From the human T2T-CHM13v2.0 reference genome, Homo sapiens: a stretch of DNA of 64,000 bases. Below are positions 12,501 to 26,460 of this stretch, piece after piece (the stretch's first letter is position 1; each line of letters opens with the position of its first letter). A model generated the notes under the pieces. The model saw only the letters and a list, made by a program, of their open reading frames with translations, had not been told where the DNA came from and did not search any database. The stretch lies in assembly GCF_009914755.1 (NCBI RefSeq), contig NC_060948.1; one strand, written 5' to 3'. Both the position numbers and the translations under genes were made by a program.

Positions 12501-15500
12501 TGGAACGAAATTTCACGGAATGGAATCAAACTGAATGGAATCAAATCAATGGAATATAATCAAATGGAATGGAAAGGAATTGAATGGAGTAGATTGGATT
12601 GGATGGGATTGGAATGAAATGTACTGGAAAGGACTCGAATTTCATGAAACGGAATGGAATGAATTAGAACGGAATGGACTCGAATGGAATGGAATGTCAT
12701 GGAATGGCATCAAATGGAATGGAATCGAATGCGATGGAATGCTATGGAATGGAATGGAATGCATTGGAATGGAATGTCCTCTAATGGAATGTATTCGAGT
12801 GGAATGGAATCGAATATAATGGAGTCTAATGAAATGGAATTGAAAGGAATGGGACCGAATACAATGGAATATACTGGAATGTAATGTAATGAACTCGAAT
12901 GTAATTGACTGGAATGGAATGTACATGAATGGAATGTAATCGAATGGAAAGCAATCCAATGGAATAGAATCTAATGCAATAAAATCGACTCAAATAGAGT
13001 AGAATGTAATGGAATGGAGTGCAGTGCAATGGAATGGAATGGAATGGAATGCAATGGAATGGAATGGAATGGAATGGAATGGGATGGAATGGTATGGAAT
13101 GGATAGTAATGGACTGGAGTGAAATGGACTGGAAAAGAATGGACTCAAATTGAAAGGGCTCGAAAGGAATGGAGTCAAATGGAATGGACTGGAATGGAAT
13201 GAACACGAATGTAATGCAATCCAATAGAATGGAATCGAATGGCATGGAATATAAAGAAATGGAATCGAAGAGAATGGAAACAAATGGAATGGAATTGAAT
13301 GGAATGGAATTGAATGGAATGGGAACGAATGGAGTGAAATTTTATGCAGTAGAAGAGAATAGAATGGAATGCAAGCGAAAGGAAAGGAATGGATTGGAAT
13401 GGAAAGGAATTCATTGGAATGGAAGGGAATGTAGTGTAATGGACAGGCCTGGAATAAAGTGGAATGCTACGGTCTCGAATGGAATAAAAATGTATGGAAT
13501 GGAATGCAATGAAACGGAATCGAATGTCATAGAATGTAATGGAATGCAAAAAAATGGACTCCAAAATCATTGACTGGAAAGGCTGGGTGTCGAAAGGAAT
13601 TGACTCCAATGGAATGGAATCGAATGGAATGGAAGTGAATAGAATCGAACTAAATCGAATGGAATGGAATTGATAGGAAAGGAATGGAAAGGAATGCAAT
13701 GATTTGGCATGGAATGGAATCGAATGGCATCGAATGGAATGCAATGGAATGCAATGGAATGGAATGTATTAGAATGTAATGAACTTTAATGGAATGTACT
13801 CGAATGGATTCGACTGGAATGGAATGTTCTCGAAGTGAATGGACTCCAATGGAATGGATTCGAAAGGAATGGAATCTAATGGAATGGAATTAAATGGAAA
13901 TGAATCAAATTGAATAGAACGGAATTGAATTGAATGGAATCGAATGCAATGGAATCTAATGAAACGGAAAGGAAAGGAATGGAATGGATTGGAATGGAAT
14001 GGGCTGGAATGGAATGGAATCGAAACGAATGGAATGGAATCGAACTGAAGAGACTGGAATGGAATGCACTGGAATGGAAGGGAATGTAATGGAAGGTTCT
14101 CGAAAAAAATGGAATCGAAAGGAATGGAATTGAATGGAACGGAATAGAGTCGAATGGAATTCAATGGAATGGAATGGACTAGAGTGAAATGGAATCGAAC
14201 CACAAGGAATGGACAGGAATAGAATGGTCTCGAATTGAATGGAATCGTATGGAATGGCATCAAACGGAATGGAATGGACAGCCACGGAATGGAATGGACA
14301 CCCACGGAATGGAATGCACTCGAATGCAATGGAGTCGACACTAATGGACTGGAATAGAATGGACTCGACTGGTACGGACTCCAATGGAATGGAATCGAAT
14401 GGAAGGGAATCGAACGGAATGGACTCGAAGGGAAAAGACTGCAATGGAAAGGTCTCGAATGGAATGGAAATTAATGGAATGGAATGGAATCGAATGAAAT
14501 GGAGTCAAAAGGAATGGAATCGAATGGCAAGAAATCGAATGTAATGGAATCGCAAGGAATTGATGTGAACGGAACGGAATGGAATGGAATCCAAAGGAAT
14601 GGAATAGAATGGAATGGAATCGAATGGAAAGGACTCGAATGGAAATCACTCGAATAGAATGCAATTTAATAAAATAGGATCAAATGTAATGGAATGGAAT
14701 GGAAAGGAATCGAAACGAAAGGAATGGAGACAGATGGAATGGAATGGAACAGAGAGCAATGGTATAGAATGGAATGGAATCATCTGGAATGGAATTGAAT
14801 GGAATGGAATAATATGAAATGGAATGGAATGGAATGGAATGCCCTTGAATTAAATGGACTGGAATGGAATGGACTCGAACAGAGTGGAATGGAAAGTGTT
14901 GAAATAGAATGGAATGGACTCGTTTGGAATGGTCTAGTATACAATGCAATCGACTGGCAGGGAATCAAAAGGAATGTAATCGAATGGATTGGACTGGAAT
15001 GCAATGGACTCGAATAGATTGGAAACGGAAAGCAAAGGAATGGAATGGAATAGTATGGAATGGAATGGAAAGGAATGGAGTGGAATAGACTAGAGTGGAA
15101 TGGAATGGACTCGAAAGCAATGGACTGGAATGGAACTTTCTTGAATGGACTGGAATCAAACGGAATGGAATGCAATGCAATCAAATGGCATGGAATAAAA
15201 TAGAATGAAAGAGAATCAAATGGAATTGAATCGAATGGAATCGAATGGATTGGAAAGGAATAGAGTGGAATGGAATGGAATTGACTCAAATGGAATGGAC
15301 TAGATTGGAATGGATTCGAATGGAAGGCAAAGGAATGGAATCTATTGGAATGGACTGTAATGGAATGGAATGGAAGGGATTGGAATGGACTCGAATGGAA
15401 TGGACTGCAATAGAAAGGATTCGAATGGAATGAAAAAGAATTGAATGGAATAGAACAGAATGGAATCAAATCGAATGAAATGGAATGGAATAGAAAGGAA

Positions 15501-18500
15501 TGGAATGAAATGGAATGGAAAGGATTCGAATGGAATGCAATCGAATGGAATGCAATCGAATGGAATGGAATCGAACGGAATGGAATAAAATGGAAGAAAA
15601 CTGGCAAGAAATGGAATCGAAATGAACGGAGTGTTATGGAACGGACTCAAAAGGAATTGAATGTAATAGAATGGAGTGGAGTGGACTCGAATATAATGGA
15701 CTGGAATGGAATGAAATCACATGGAATGGGAACGAATGGAATGGAATGGAAAGGAATGGAATCGAATGGAAAGGAATCGAATGGAAGGGAATGAAATTGA
15801 ATCAACAGGAATGGAAGGGAGTAGAATAGACGGTAATGGAATGGACTCGAATAGAATGGACACGAATGCTCAAATTGAATGGACTCGAATGGAATGGAAA
15901 CGAAAGGAATGTCATCGAATGGAATTGAATCGATTGGAATGAAATCACATAGAATGGAGTGGAATCAAATGGAATTGAATCGAAAGGAAAGGAAGCGAAT
16001 GGACTGAAATGAAATGGAATGGAATTGAATGGAAATTAATGCAATGGAATAGAATGGAACGAAATTTCACGGAATGGAATCAAACTGAATGGAATCAAAT
16101 CAATGGAATATAATCAAATGGAATGGAAAGGAATTGAATGGAGTAGATTGGATTGGATGGGATTGGAATGAAATGTACTGGAAAGGACTCGAATTTCATG
16201 AAACGGAATGGAATGAATTAGAACGGAATGGACTCGAATGGAATGGAATGTCATGGAATGGCATCAAATGGAATGGAATCGAATGCAATGGAATGCTATG
16301 GAATGGAATGGAATGCATTGGAATGGAATGTCCTCTAATGGAATGTATTCGAGTGGAATGGAATCGAATATAATGGAGTCTAATGAAAGGGAATTGAAAG
16401 GAATGGGACCGAATACAATGGAATATACTGGAATGTAATGTAATGAACTCGAATGTAATTGACTGGAATGGAATGTACATGAATGGAATGTAATCGAATG
16501 GAAAGCAATCCAATGGAATAGAATCTAATGCAATAAAATCGACTCAAATAGAGTAGAATGTAATGGAATGGAGTGCAGTGCAATGGAATGGAATGGAATG
16601 GAATGCAATGGAATGGAAAGGAATGGAATGGAATGGAATGGGATGAAATGGTATGGAATGGATAGTAATGGACTGGAGTGAAATGGACTGGAAAAGAATG
16701 GACTCAAATTGAAAGGGCTCGAAAGGAATGGAGTCAAATGGAATGGTCTGGAATGGAATGAACACGAATGTAATGCAATCCAATAGAATGGAATCGAATG
16801 GCATGGAATATAAAGAAATGGAATCGAAGAGAATGGAAACAAATGGAATGGAATTGAATGGAATGGAATTGAATGGAATGGGAACGAATGGAGTGAAATT
16901 GTATGCAGTAGAAGAGAATAGAATGGAATGCAAGCGAAAGGAAAGGAATGGATTGGAATGGAATGGAATTCATTGGAATGGAAGGGAATGTAGTGTAATG
17001 GACAGGCCTGGAATAAAGTGGAATGCTACGGTCTCGAATGGAATAAAAATGTATGGAATGGAATGCAATGAAACGGAATCGAATGTCATAGAAGTAATGG
17101 AATGCAAAAAAATGGACTCCAAAATCATTGACTGGAAAGGCTGGGTGTCGAAAGGAATTGACTCCAATGGAATGGAATCGAATGGAATGGAAGTGAATAG
17201 AATGGAACTAAATCGAATGGAATGGAATTGATAGGAACGGAATGGAAAGGAATGCAATGATTTGGCATGGAATGGAATCGAATGGCATCGAATGGAATGG
17301 AATGGAATGCAATGGAATGGAATGTATTAGAATGTAATGAACTTTAATGGAATGTACTCGAATGGATTCGACTGGAATGGAATGTTCTCGAAGTGAATGG
17401 ACTCCAATGGAATGGATTCGAAAGGAATGGAATCTAATGGAATGGAATTAAATGGAAATGAATCAAATTGAATAGAACGGAATTGAATTGAATGGAATCG
17501 AATGCAATGGAATCTAATGAAACGGAAAGGAAAGGAATGGAATGGATTGGAATGGAATGGGCTGGAATGGAATGGAATCGAAACGAATGGAATGGAATCG
17601 AACTGAAGAGACTGGAATGGAATGCACTGGAATGGAAGGGAATGTAATGGAAGGTTCTCGAAAAAAATAGAATCGAAAGGAATGGAATTGAATGGAACGG
17701 AATAGAGTCGAATGGAATTCAATGGAATGGAATGGACTAGAGTCAAATGGAATCGAACCACAAGGAATGGACAGGAATAGAATGGTCTCGAATTGAATGG
17801 AATCGTATGGAATGGCATCAATCGGAATGGAATGGACAGCCACGGAATGGAATGGACACCCACGGAATGGAATGCACTCGAATGCAATGGAGTCGACACT
17901 AATGGACTGGAATAGAATGGACTCGACTGATACGGACTCCAATGGAATGGAATCGAATGGAAGGGAATCGAACGGAATGGACTCGAAGGAAAAAGACTGC
18001 AATGGAAAGGTCTCCAATGGAATGGAAATTAATGGAATGGAATGGAATCGAATGAAATGGAGTCAAAAGGAATGAGATCGAATGGCAAGAAATCGAATGT
18101 GATGGAATCGCAAGGAATTGATGTGAACGGAACGGAATGGAATGGAATCCAAAGGAATGGAATAGAATGGAATGGAATCGAATGGAAAGGACTCGAATGG
18201 ACATCACTCGAATAGAATGCAATTTAATAAAATAGGATCAAATGTAATGGAATGGAATGGAAAGGAATCGAAACGAAAGGAATGGAGACAGATGGAATGG
18301 AATGGAACTGAGAGCAATGGTATAGAATGGAATGGAATCATCTGGAATGGAATTGAATGGAATGGAATAATATGAAATGGAAAGGAATGGAATGGAATGC
18401 CCTTGAATTAAATGGACTGGAATGGAATGGACTCGAACAGAGTGGAATGGAAAGTGTTGAAATAGAATGGAATGGACTCGTTTGGAATGGTCTAGTATGC

Positions 18501-21500
18501 AATGCAATCGACTGGCAGGGAATCAAAAGGAATGTAATCGAATGGATTGGACTGGAATGCAATGGACTCGAATAGATTGGAAACGGAATGCAAAGGAATG
18601 GAATGGAATAGTATGGAATGGAATGGAAAGGAATGGAGTGGAATAGACTAGAGTGGAATGGAATGGACTCGAAAGCAATGGACTGGAATGGAACTTTCTT
18701 GAATGGACTGGAATCAAACGGAATGGAATGCAATGCAATCAAATGGCATGGAATAAAATAGAATGAAAGAGAATGAAATGGAATTGAATCGAATGGAATC
18801 GAATGGATTGGAAAGGAATAGAATGGAATGGAATGGAATTGACTCAAATGGAATGGACTAGAATGGAATGGATTCGAATGGAAGGCAAAGGAATGGAATC
18901 TATTGGAATGGACTGTAATGGAATGGAATGGAAGGGATTGGAATGGACTCGAATGGAATGGACTGCAATAGAAAGGATTCGAATGGAATGAAAAAGAATT
19001 GAATGGAATAGAACAGAATGGAATCAAATCGAATGAAATGGAATGGAATAGAAAGGAATGGAATGAAATGGAATGGAAAGGATTCGAATGGAATGCAATC
19101 GAATGGAATGCAATCGAATGGAATGGAATCGAACGGAATGGAATAAAATGGAAGAAAACTGGCAAGAAATGGAGTCGAAATGAATGGAGTGTTATGGAAC
19201 CGACTCAAAAGGAATTGAATGTAATAGAATGGAGTGGAGTGGACTCGAATATAATGGACTGGAATGGAATGAAATCACATGGAATGGGAACGAATGGAAT
19301 GGAATGGAAAGGAATGGAATCGAATGGAAAGGAATCGAATGGAAGGGAATGAAATTGAATCAACAGGAATGGAAGGGAGTAGAATAGACGGTAATGGAAT
19401 GGACTCGAATAGAATGGACACGAATGCTCAAATTGAATGGACTCGAATGGAATGGAAACGAAAGGAATGTCATCGAATGGAATTGAATCGATTGGAATGA
19501 AATCACATAGAATGGAGTGGAATCAAATGGAATTGAATCGAAAGGAAAGGAAGCGAATGGACTGAAATGAAATGGAATGGAATTGAATGGAAATTAATGC
19601 AATGGAATAGAATGGAACGAAATTTCACGGAATGGAATCAAACTGAATGGAATCAAATCAATGGAATATAATCAAATGGAATGGAAAGGAATTGAATGGA
19701 GTAGATTGGATTGGATGGGATTGGAATGAAATGTACTGGAAAGGACTCGAATTTCATGAAACGGAATGGAATGAATTAGAACGGAATGGACTCGAATGGA
19801 ATGGAATGTCATGGAATGGCATCAAATGGAATGGAATCGAATGCGATGGAATGCTATGGAATGGAATGGAATGCATTGGAATGGAATGTCCTCTAATGGA
19901 ATGTATTCGAGTGGAATGGAATCGAATATAATGGAGTCGAATGAAATGGAATTGAAAGGAATGGGACCGAATACAATGGAATATACTGGAATGTAATGTA
20001 ATGAACTCGAATGTAATTGACTGGAATGGAATGTACATGAATGGAATGTAATCGAATGGAAAGCAATCCAATGGAATAGAATCTAATGCAATAAAATCGA
20101 CTCAAATAGAGTAGAATGTAATGGAATGGAGTGCAGTGCAATGGAATGGAATGGAATGGAATGCAATGGAATGGAATGGAATGGAATGGAATGGGATGGA
20201 ATGGTATGGAATGGATAGTAATGGACTGGAGTGAAATGGACTGGAAAAGAATGGACTCAAATTGAAAGGGCTCGAAAGGAATGGAGTCAAATGGAATGGT
20301 CTGGAATGGAATGAACACGAATGTAATGCAATCCAATGGAATGGAATCGAATGGCATGGAATATAAAGAAATGGAATCGAAGAGAATGGAAACAAATGGA
20401 ATGGAATTGAATGGAATGGAATTGAATGGAATGGGAACGAATGGAGTGAAATTGTATGCAGTAGAAGAGAATAGAATGGAATGCAAGCGAAAGGAAAGGA
20501 ATGGATTGGAATGGAATGGAATTCATTGGAATGGAAGGGAATGTAGTGTAATGGACAGGCCTGGAATAAAGTGGAATGCTACGGTCTCGAATGGAATAAA
20601 AATGTATGGAATGGAATGCAATGAAACGGAATCGAATGTCATAGAATGTAATGGAATGCAAAAAAATGGACTCTAAAATCATTGACTGGAAAGGCTGGGT
20701 GTCGAAAGGAATTGACTCCAATGGAATGGAATCGAATGGAATGGAAGTGAATAGAATCGAACTAAATCGAATGGAATGGAATTGATAGGAACGGAATGGA
20801 AAGGAATGCAATGATTTGGCATGGAATGGAATCGAATGGCATCGAATGGAATGGAATGGAATGCAATGGAATGGAATGTATTAGAATGTAATGAAGTTTA
20901 ATGGAATGTACTCGAATGGATTCGACTGGAATGGAATGTTCTCGAAGTGAATGGACTTCAATGGAATGGATTCGAAAGGAATGGAATCTAATGGAATGGA
21001 ATTAAATGGAAATGAATCAAATTGAATAGAACGGAATTGAATTGAATGGAATCGAATGCAATGGAATCTAATGAAACGGAAAGGAAAGGAATGGAATGGA
21101 TTGGAATGGAATCGGCTGGAATGGAATGGAATCGAAACGAATGGAATGGAATCGAACTGAAGAGACTGGAATGGAATGCACTGGAATGGAAGGGAATGTA
21201 ATGGAAGGTTCTCGAAAAAAATGGAATCGAAAGGAATGGAATTGAATGGAACGGAATAGAGTCGAAAGGAATTGAATGGAATGGAATGGACTAGAGTGAA
21301 ATGGAATCGAACCACAAGGAATGGACAGGAATAGAATGGTCTCGAATTGAATGGAATCGTATGGAATGGCATCAAACGGAATGGAATGGACAGCCACGGA
21401 ATGGAATGGACACCCACGGAATGGAAAGCACTCGAATGCAAAGGAGTCGACACTAATGGACTGAATAGAATGGACTCGACTGGTACGGACTCCAATGGAA

Positions 21501-23399
21501 TGGAATCGAATGGAAGGGAATCGAACGGAATGGACTCGAAGGGAAAAGACTGCAATGGAAAGGTCTCCAATGGAATGGAAATTAATGGAATGGAATGGAA
21601 TCGAATGAAATGGAGTCAAAAGGAATGGAATCGAATGGCAAGAAATCGAATGTAATGGAATCGCAAGGAATTGATGTGAACGGAACGGAATGGAATGGAA
21701 TCCAAAGGAATGGAATAGAATGGAATGGAATCGAATGGAAAGGACTCGAATGGAAATCACTCGAATAGAATGCAATTTAATAAAATAGGATCAAATGTAA
21801 TGGAATGGAATGGAAAGGAATCGAAACGAAAGGAATGGAGACAGATGGAATGGAATGGAACAGAGAGCAATGGTATAGAATGGAATGGAATCATCTGGAA
21901 TGTTATTGAATGGAATGGAATAATATGAAATGGAATGGAATGGAATGGAATGCCCTTGAATTAAATGGACTGGAATGGAATGGACTCGAACAGAGTGGAA
22001 TGGAAAGTGTTGAAATAGAATGGAATGGACTCGTTTGGAATGGTCTAGTATGCAATGCAATCGACTGGCAGGCAATCAAAAGGAATGTAATCGAATGGAT
22101 TGGACTGGAATGCAATGGACTCGAATAGATTGGAAACGGAAAGCAAAGGAATGGAATGGAATAGTATGGAATGGAATGGAAAGGAATGGAGTGGAATAGA
22201 CTAGAGTGGAATGGAATGGACTCGAAAGCAATGGACTGGAATGGAACTTTCTTGAATGGACTGGAATCAAACGGAATGGAATGCAATGCAATCAAATGGC
22301 ATGGAATAAAATAGAATGAAAGAGAATCAAATGGAATTGAATCGAATGGAATCGAATGGATTGGAAAGGAATAGAATGGAATGGAATGGAATTGACTCAA
22401 ATGGAATGGACTAGAATGGAATGGATTCGAATGGAAGTCAAAGGAATGGAATCTATTGGAATGGACTGTAATGGAATGGAATGGAAGGGATTGGAATGGA
22501 CTCGAATGGAATGGACTGCCATAGAAAGGATTCGAATGGAATGAAAAAGAATTGAATGGAATAGAACAGAATGGAATCAAATCGAATGAAATGGAATGGA
22601 ATAGAAAGGAATGGAATGAAATGGAATGGAAAGGATTCAAATGGAATGCAATCGAATGGAATGCAATCGAGTGGAATGGAATCGAACGGAATGGAATAAA
22701 ATGGAAGAAAACTGGCAAGAAATGGAATCGAAATGAATGGAGTGTTATGGAACGGACTCAAAAGGAATTGAATGTAATAGAATGGAGTGGAGTGGACTCG
22801 AATATAATGGACTGGAATGGAATGAAATCACATGGAATGGGAACGAATGGAATGGAATGGAAAGGAATGGAATCGAATGGAAAGGAATCGAATGGAAGGG
22901 AATGAAATTGAATCAACAGGAATGGAAGGGAGTAGAATAGACGGTAATGGAATGGACTCGAATAGAATGGACACGAATGCTCAAATTGAATGGACTCGAA
23001 TGGAATGGAAACGAAAGGAATGTCATCGAATGGAATTGAATCGATTGGAATGAAATCACATAGAATGGAGTGGAATCAAATGGAATTGAATCGAAAGGAA
23101 AGGAAGCGAATGGACTGAAATGAAATGGAATGGAATTGAATGGAAATTAATGCAATGGAATAGAATGGAACGAAATTTCACGGAATGGAATCAAACTGAA
23201 TGGAATCAAATCAATGGAATATAATCAAATGGAATGGAAAGGAATTGAATGGAGTAGATTGGATTGGATGGGATTGGAATGAAAAGTACTGGAAAGGACT
23301 CGAATTTCATGAAACGGAATGGAATGAATTAGAACGGAATGGACTCGAATGGAATGGAATGTCATGGAATGGCATCAAATGGAATGGAATCGAATGCGA

Positions 23400-26300
23400 T
23401 GGAATAGAATGCAATGGAATGCTATGGAATGGAATGGAATGCATTGGAATGGAATGTCCTCTAATGGAATGGATTCGAGTGGAATGGAATCGAATATAAT
23501 GGAGTCGAATGAAATGGAATTGAAAGGAATGGGATCGAATACCATGTAATATACTGGAATGTAATGTAATGAACTCGAATGTAATTGACTGGAATGGAAT
23601 GTACATGAATGGAATGTAATCGAATGGAAAGTAATCCAATGGAATAGAATCTAATGCAATAAAATCGACTCAAATAGAATAGAATGTAATGGAATGGAGT
23701 GCAGTGCAATGGAATGGAATGGAATGGAATGCAATGGAATGGAATGGAATGGAATGGAATAGGATGGAATGGTATGGAATGGATAGTAATGGACTGGAGT
23801 GAAATGGACTGGAAAAGAATGGACTCAAATTGAAAGGGCTCGAAAGGAATGGAGTCAAATGGAATGGTCTGGAATGGAATGAATACGAATGTAATGCAAT
23901 CCAATAGAATGGAATCGAATGGTATGGAATATAAAGAATTGGAATCGAAGAGAATGGAAACAAATGGAATGGAATTGAATGGAATGGAATTGAATGGAAT
24001 GGGAACGAATGGAGTGAAATTGTATGCAGTAGAAGAGAATAGAATGGAATGCAAGCGAAAGGAAAGGAATGGATTGGAATGGAATGGAATTCATTGGAAT
24101 GGAAGGGAATGTAGTGTAATGGACAGGCCTGGAATAAAGTGGAATGCTACGGTCTCGAATGGAATAAAAGTGTATGGAATAGAATGCAATGAAACGGAAT
24201 CGAATGTCATAGAATGTAATGGAATGCAAAAAAATGGACTCCAAAATCATTGACTGGAAAGGCTGGGTGTCGAAAGGAATTGCCTCCAATGGAATGGAAT
24301 CGAATGGAATGGAAGTGAAAAGAATGGAACTAAATCGAATGGAATGGAATTGATAGGAACGGAATGGAAAGGAATGCAATGATTTGGCATGGAATGGAAT
24401 CGAATGGCATCGAATGGAATGGAATGGAATGCAATTGAATGGAATGTATTAGAATGTAATGAACTTTAATGTAATGTACTCGAATGGATTCGACTGGAAT
24501 GGAATGTTCTCGAAGTGAATGGACTCCAATGGAATGGATTCGAAAGGAATGGAATCTAATGGAATGGAATTAAATGGAAATGAATCAAATTGAATAGAAC
24601 GGAATTGAATGGAATGGAATCGAATGCAATGGAATCTAATGAAACGGCAAGGAAAGTAATGGAATGGAATGGAATGGGCTGGAATTGAATGGAATCGAAA
24701 CGAATGGAATGGAGTCGAACTGAAGAGACTGAAATGGAATGCACTGGAATGGAAGGGAGTGTAATGGAAGGTTCTCGAAAAAAATGGAATCGAAAGGAAT
24801 GGAATTGAATGGAACGGAATAGAGTCGAATGGAATTCAATGGAATGGAATGGACTAGAGTGAAATGGAATCGAACCACAAGGAATGGACAGGAACAGAAT
24901 GGTCTCGAATTGAATGGAATCGTATGGAATGGCATCAAACGGAATGGAATGGACAGCCACGGAATGGAATGCACTCGAATGCAATGGAGTCGACACTAAT
25001 GGACTGGAATAGAATGGACTCGACTGGTATGGACTCCAATGGAATGGAATCGAATGGAAGGGAATGGAACGGAATGGACTCGAAGGGAAAAGACTGCAAT
25101 GGAAAGGTCTCGAATGGAATGGAAATTAATGGAATGGAATGGAATCGAATGAAATTGAGTCAAAAGGAATGGAATCGAATGGCAAGAAATCGAATGTAAT
25201 GGAATCGCAAGGAATTGATGTGAACGGAACGGAATCGAATGGAATCCAAAGGAATGGAATAGAATGGAATGGAATCGAATGGAAAGGACTCGAATGGAAA
25301 TCACTCGAATAGAATGCAATTTAATAAAATAGGATCAAATGTAATGGAATGGAATGGAAAGGAATCGAAACGAAAGGAATGGAGACAGATGGAATGGAAT
25401 GGAACAGAGAGCAATGGTATAGAATGGAATGGAATCATCTGGAATGGAATTGAATGGAATGGAATAATATGAAATGGAATGGAATGGAATGGAATGCCCT
25501 TGAATTAAATGGACTGGAATGGAATGGACTCAAACAGAGTGGAATGGAAAGTGTTGAAATAGAATGGAATGGACTCGTTTGGAATGGTCTAGTATGCAAT
25601 GCAATCGACTGGCAGGGAATCAAGAGGAATGTAATCGAATGCATTGGACTGGAATGCAATGGACTCGAATAGATTGGAAACGGAATGCAAAGGAATGGAA
25701 TGGAATAGTATGGAATGGAATGGAAAGGAATGGAGTGGAATAGACTAGAGTGAAATGGAATGGACTGGAAAGCAATGGACTGGAATGGAACTTTCTTGAA
25801 TGGACTGGAATCAAACGGAATGGAATGCAATGCAATCAAATGGCATGGAATAAAATAGAATGAAAGAGAATCAAATGGAATTGAATCGAATGGAATCTAA
25901 TGGATTGGAAAGGAATAGAATGGAATGGAATGGAATTGACTCAAATGGAATGGACTAGAATGGAATGGATTCGAATGGAAGTCAAAGGAATGGAATCTAT
26001 TGGAATGGACTGTAATGGAATGGAATGGAAGGGATTGGAATGGACTCGAATGGAATGGACTGCAATAGAAAGGATTCGAATGGAATGAAAAAGAATTGAA
26101 TGGAATAGAACAGAATGGAATCAAATCGAATGAAATGGAATGGAAGAGAACGGAATGGAATGAAATGGAATGGAAAGGATTCGAATGGAATGCAATCGAA
26201 TGGAACGGAATCGAACGGAATGGAATAAAATGGAAGAAAACTGGCAAGAAATGGAATCGAAATGAATGGAGTGTTATGGAACGGACTCAAAAGGAATTGA

Positions 26301-26460
26301 ATGTAATAGAATGGAGTGGAGTGGACTCGAATATAATGGACTGGAATGGAATGAAATCACATGGAATGGGAACGAATGGAATGGAATGGAAAGGAATGGA
26401 ATGGAAAGGAATGGAATCGAATGGAAAGGAATCGAATGGAAGGGAATGAAATTGAATCAA
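23400..26460 (+). repeat. Mosaic/transition DYZ1 sequence with interleaved A- and B-type alleles and many private variants
   Basis: B alleles: ggattcgagt ~23471, gggatcg ~23531, aagtaatcc ~23629, gggagtgt ~24755, and no 20-bp duplication ~24951. A alleles: ggactccaaa ~24236, ttctcgaagt ~24507, aatagaacgg ~24593, cgacact ~24991, ctcgttt ~25574. Confidence 0.7.

Larger units (their letters stand above)
600..23400 (+). repeat. Block of subtype-A DYZ1 units (my label)
   Basis: Shared alleles: ctcgtttgg, aaatcacatag, gaattagaac, a single ggcatcaaat, gtattcgagt, gggaccgaatac, aagcaatcc, gttctcgaagtg and aatagaacgg. A 20-bp cagccacgg...cacccacgg duplication occurs at ~3641, 7191, 10761, 14301, 17851 and 21411. 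The tcgtacgg segment is absent. Confidence 0.85.
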
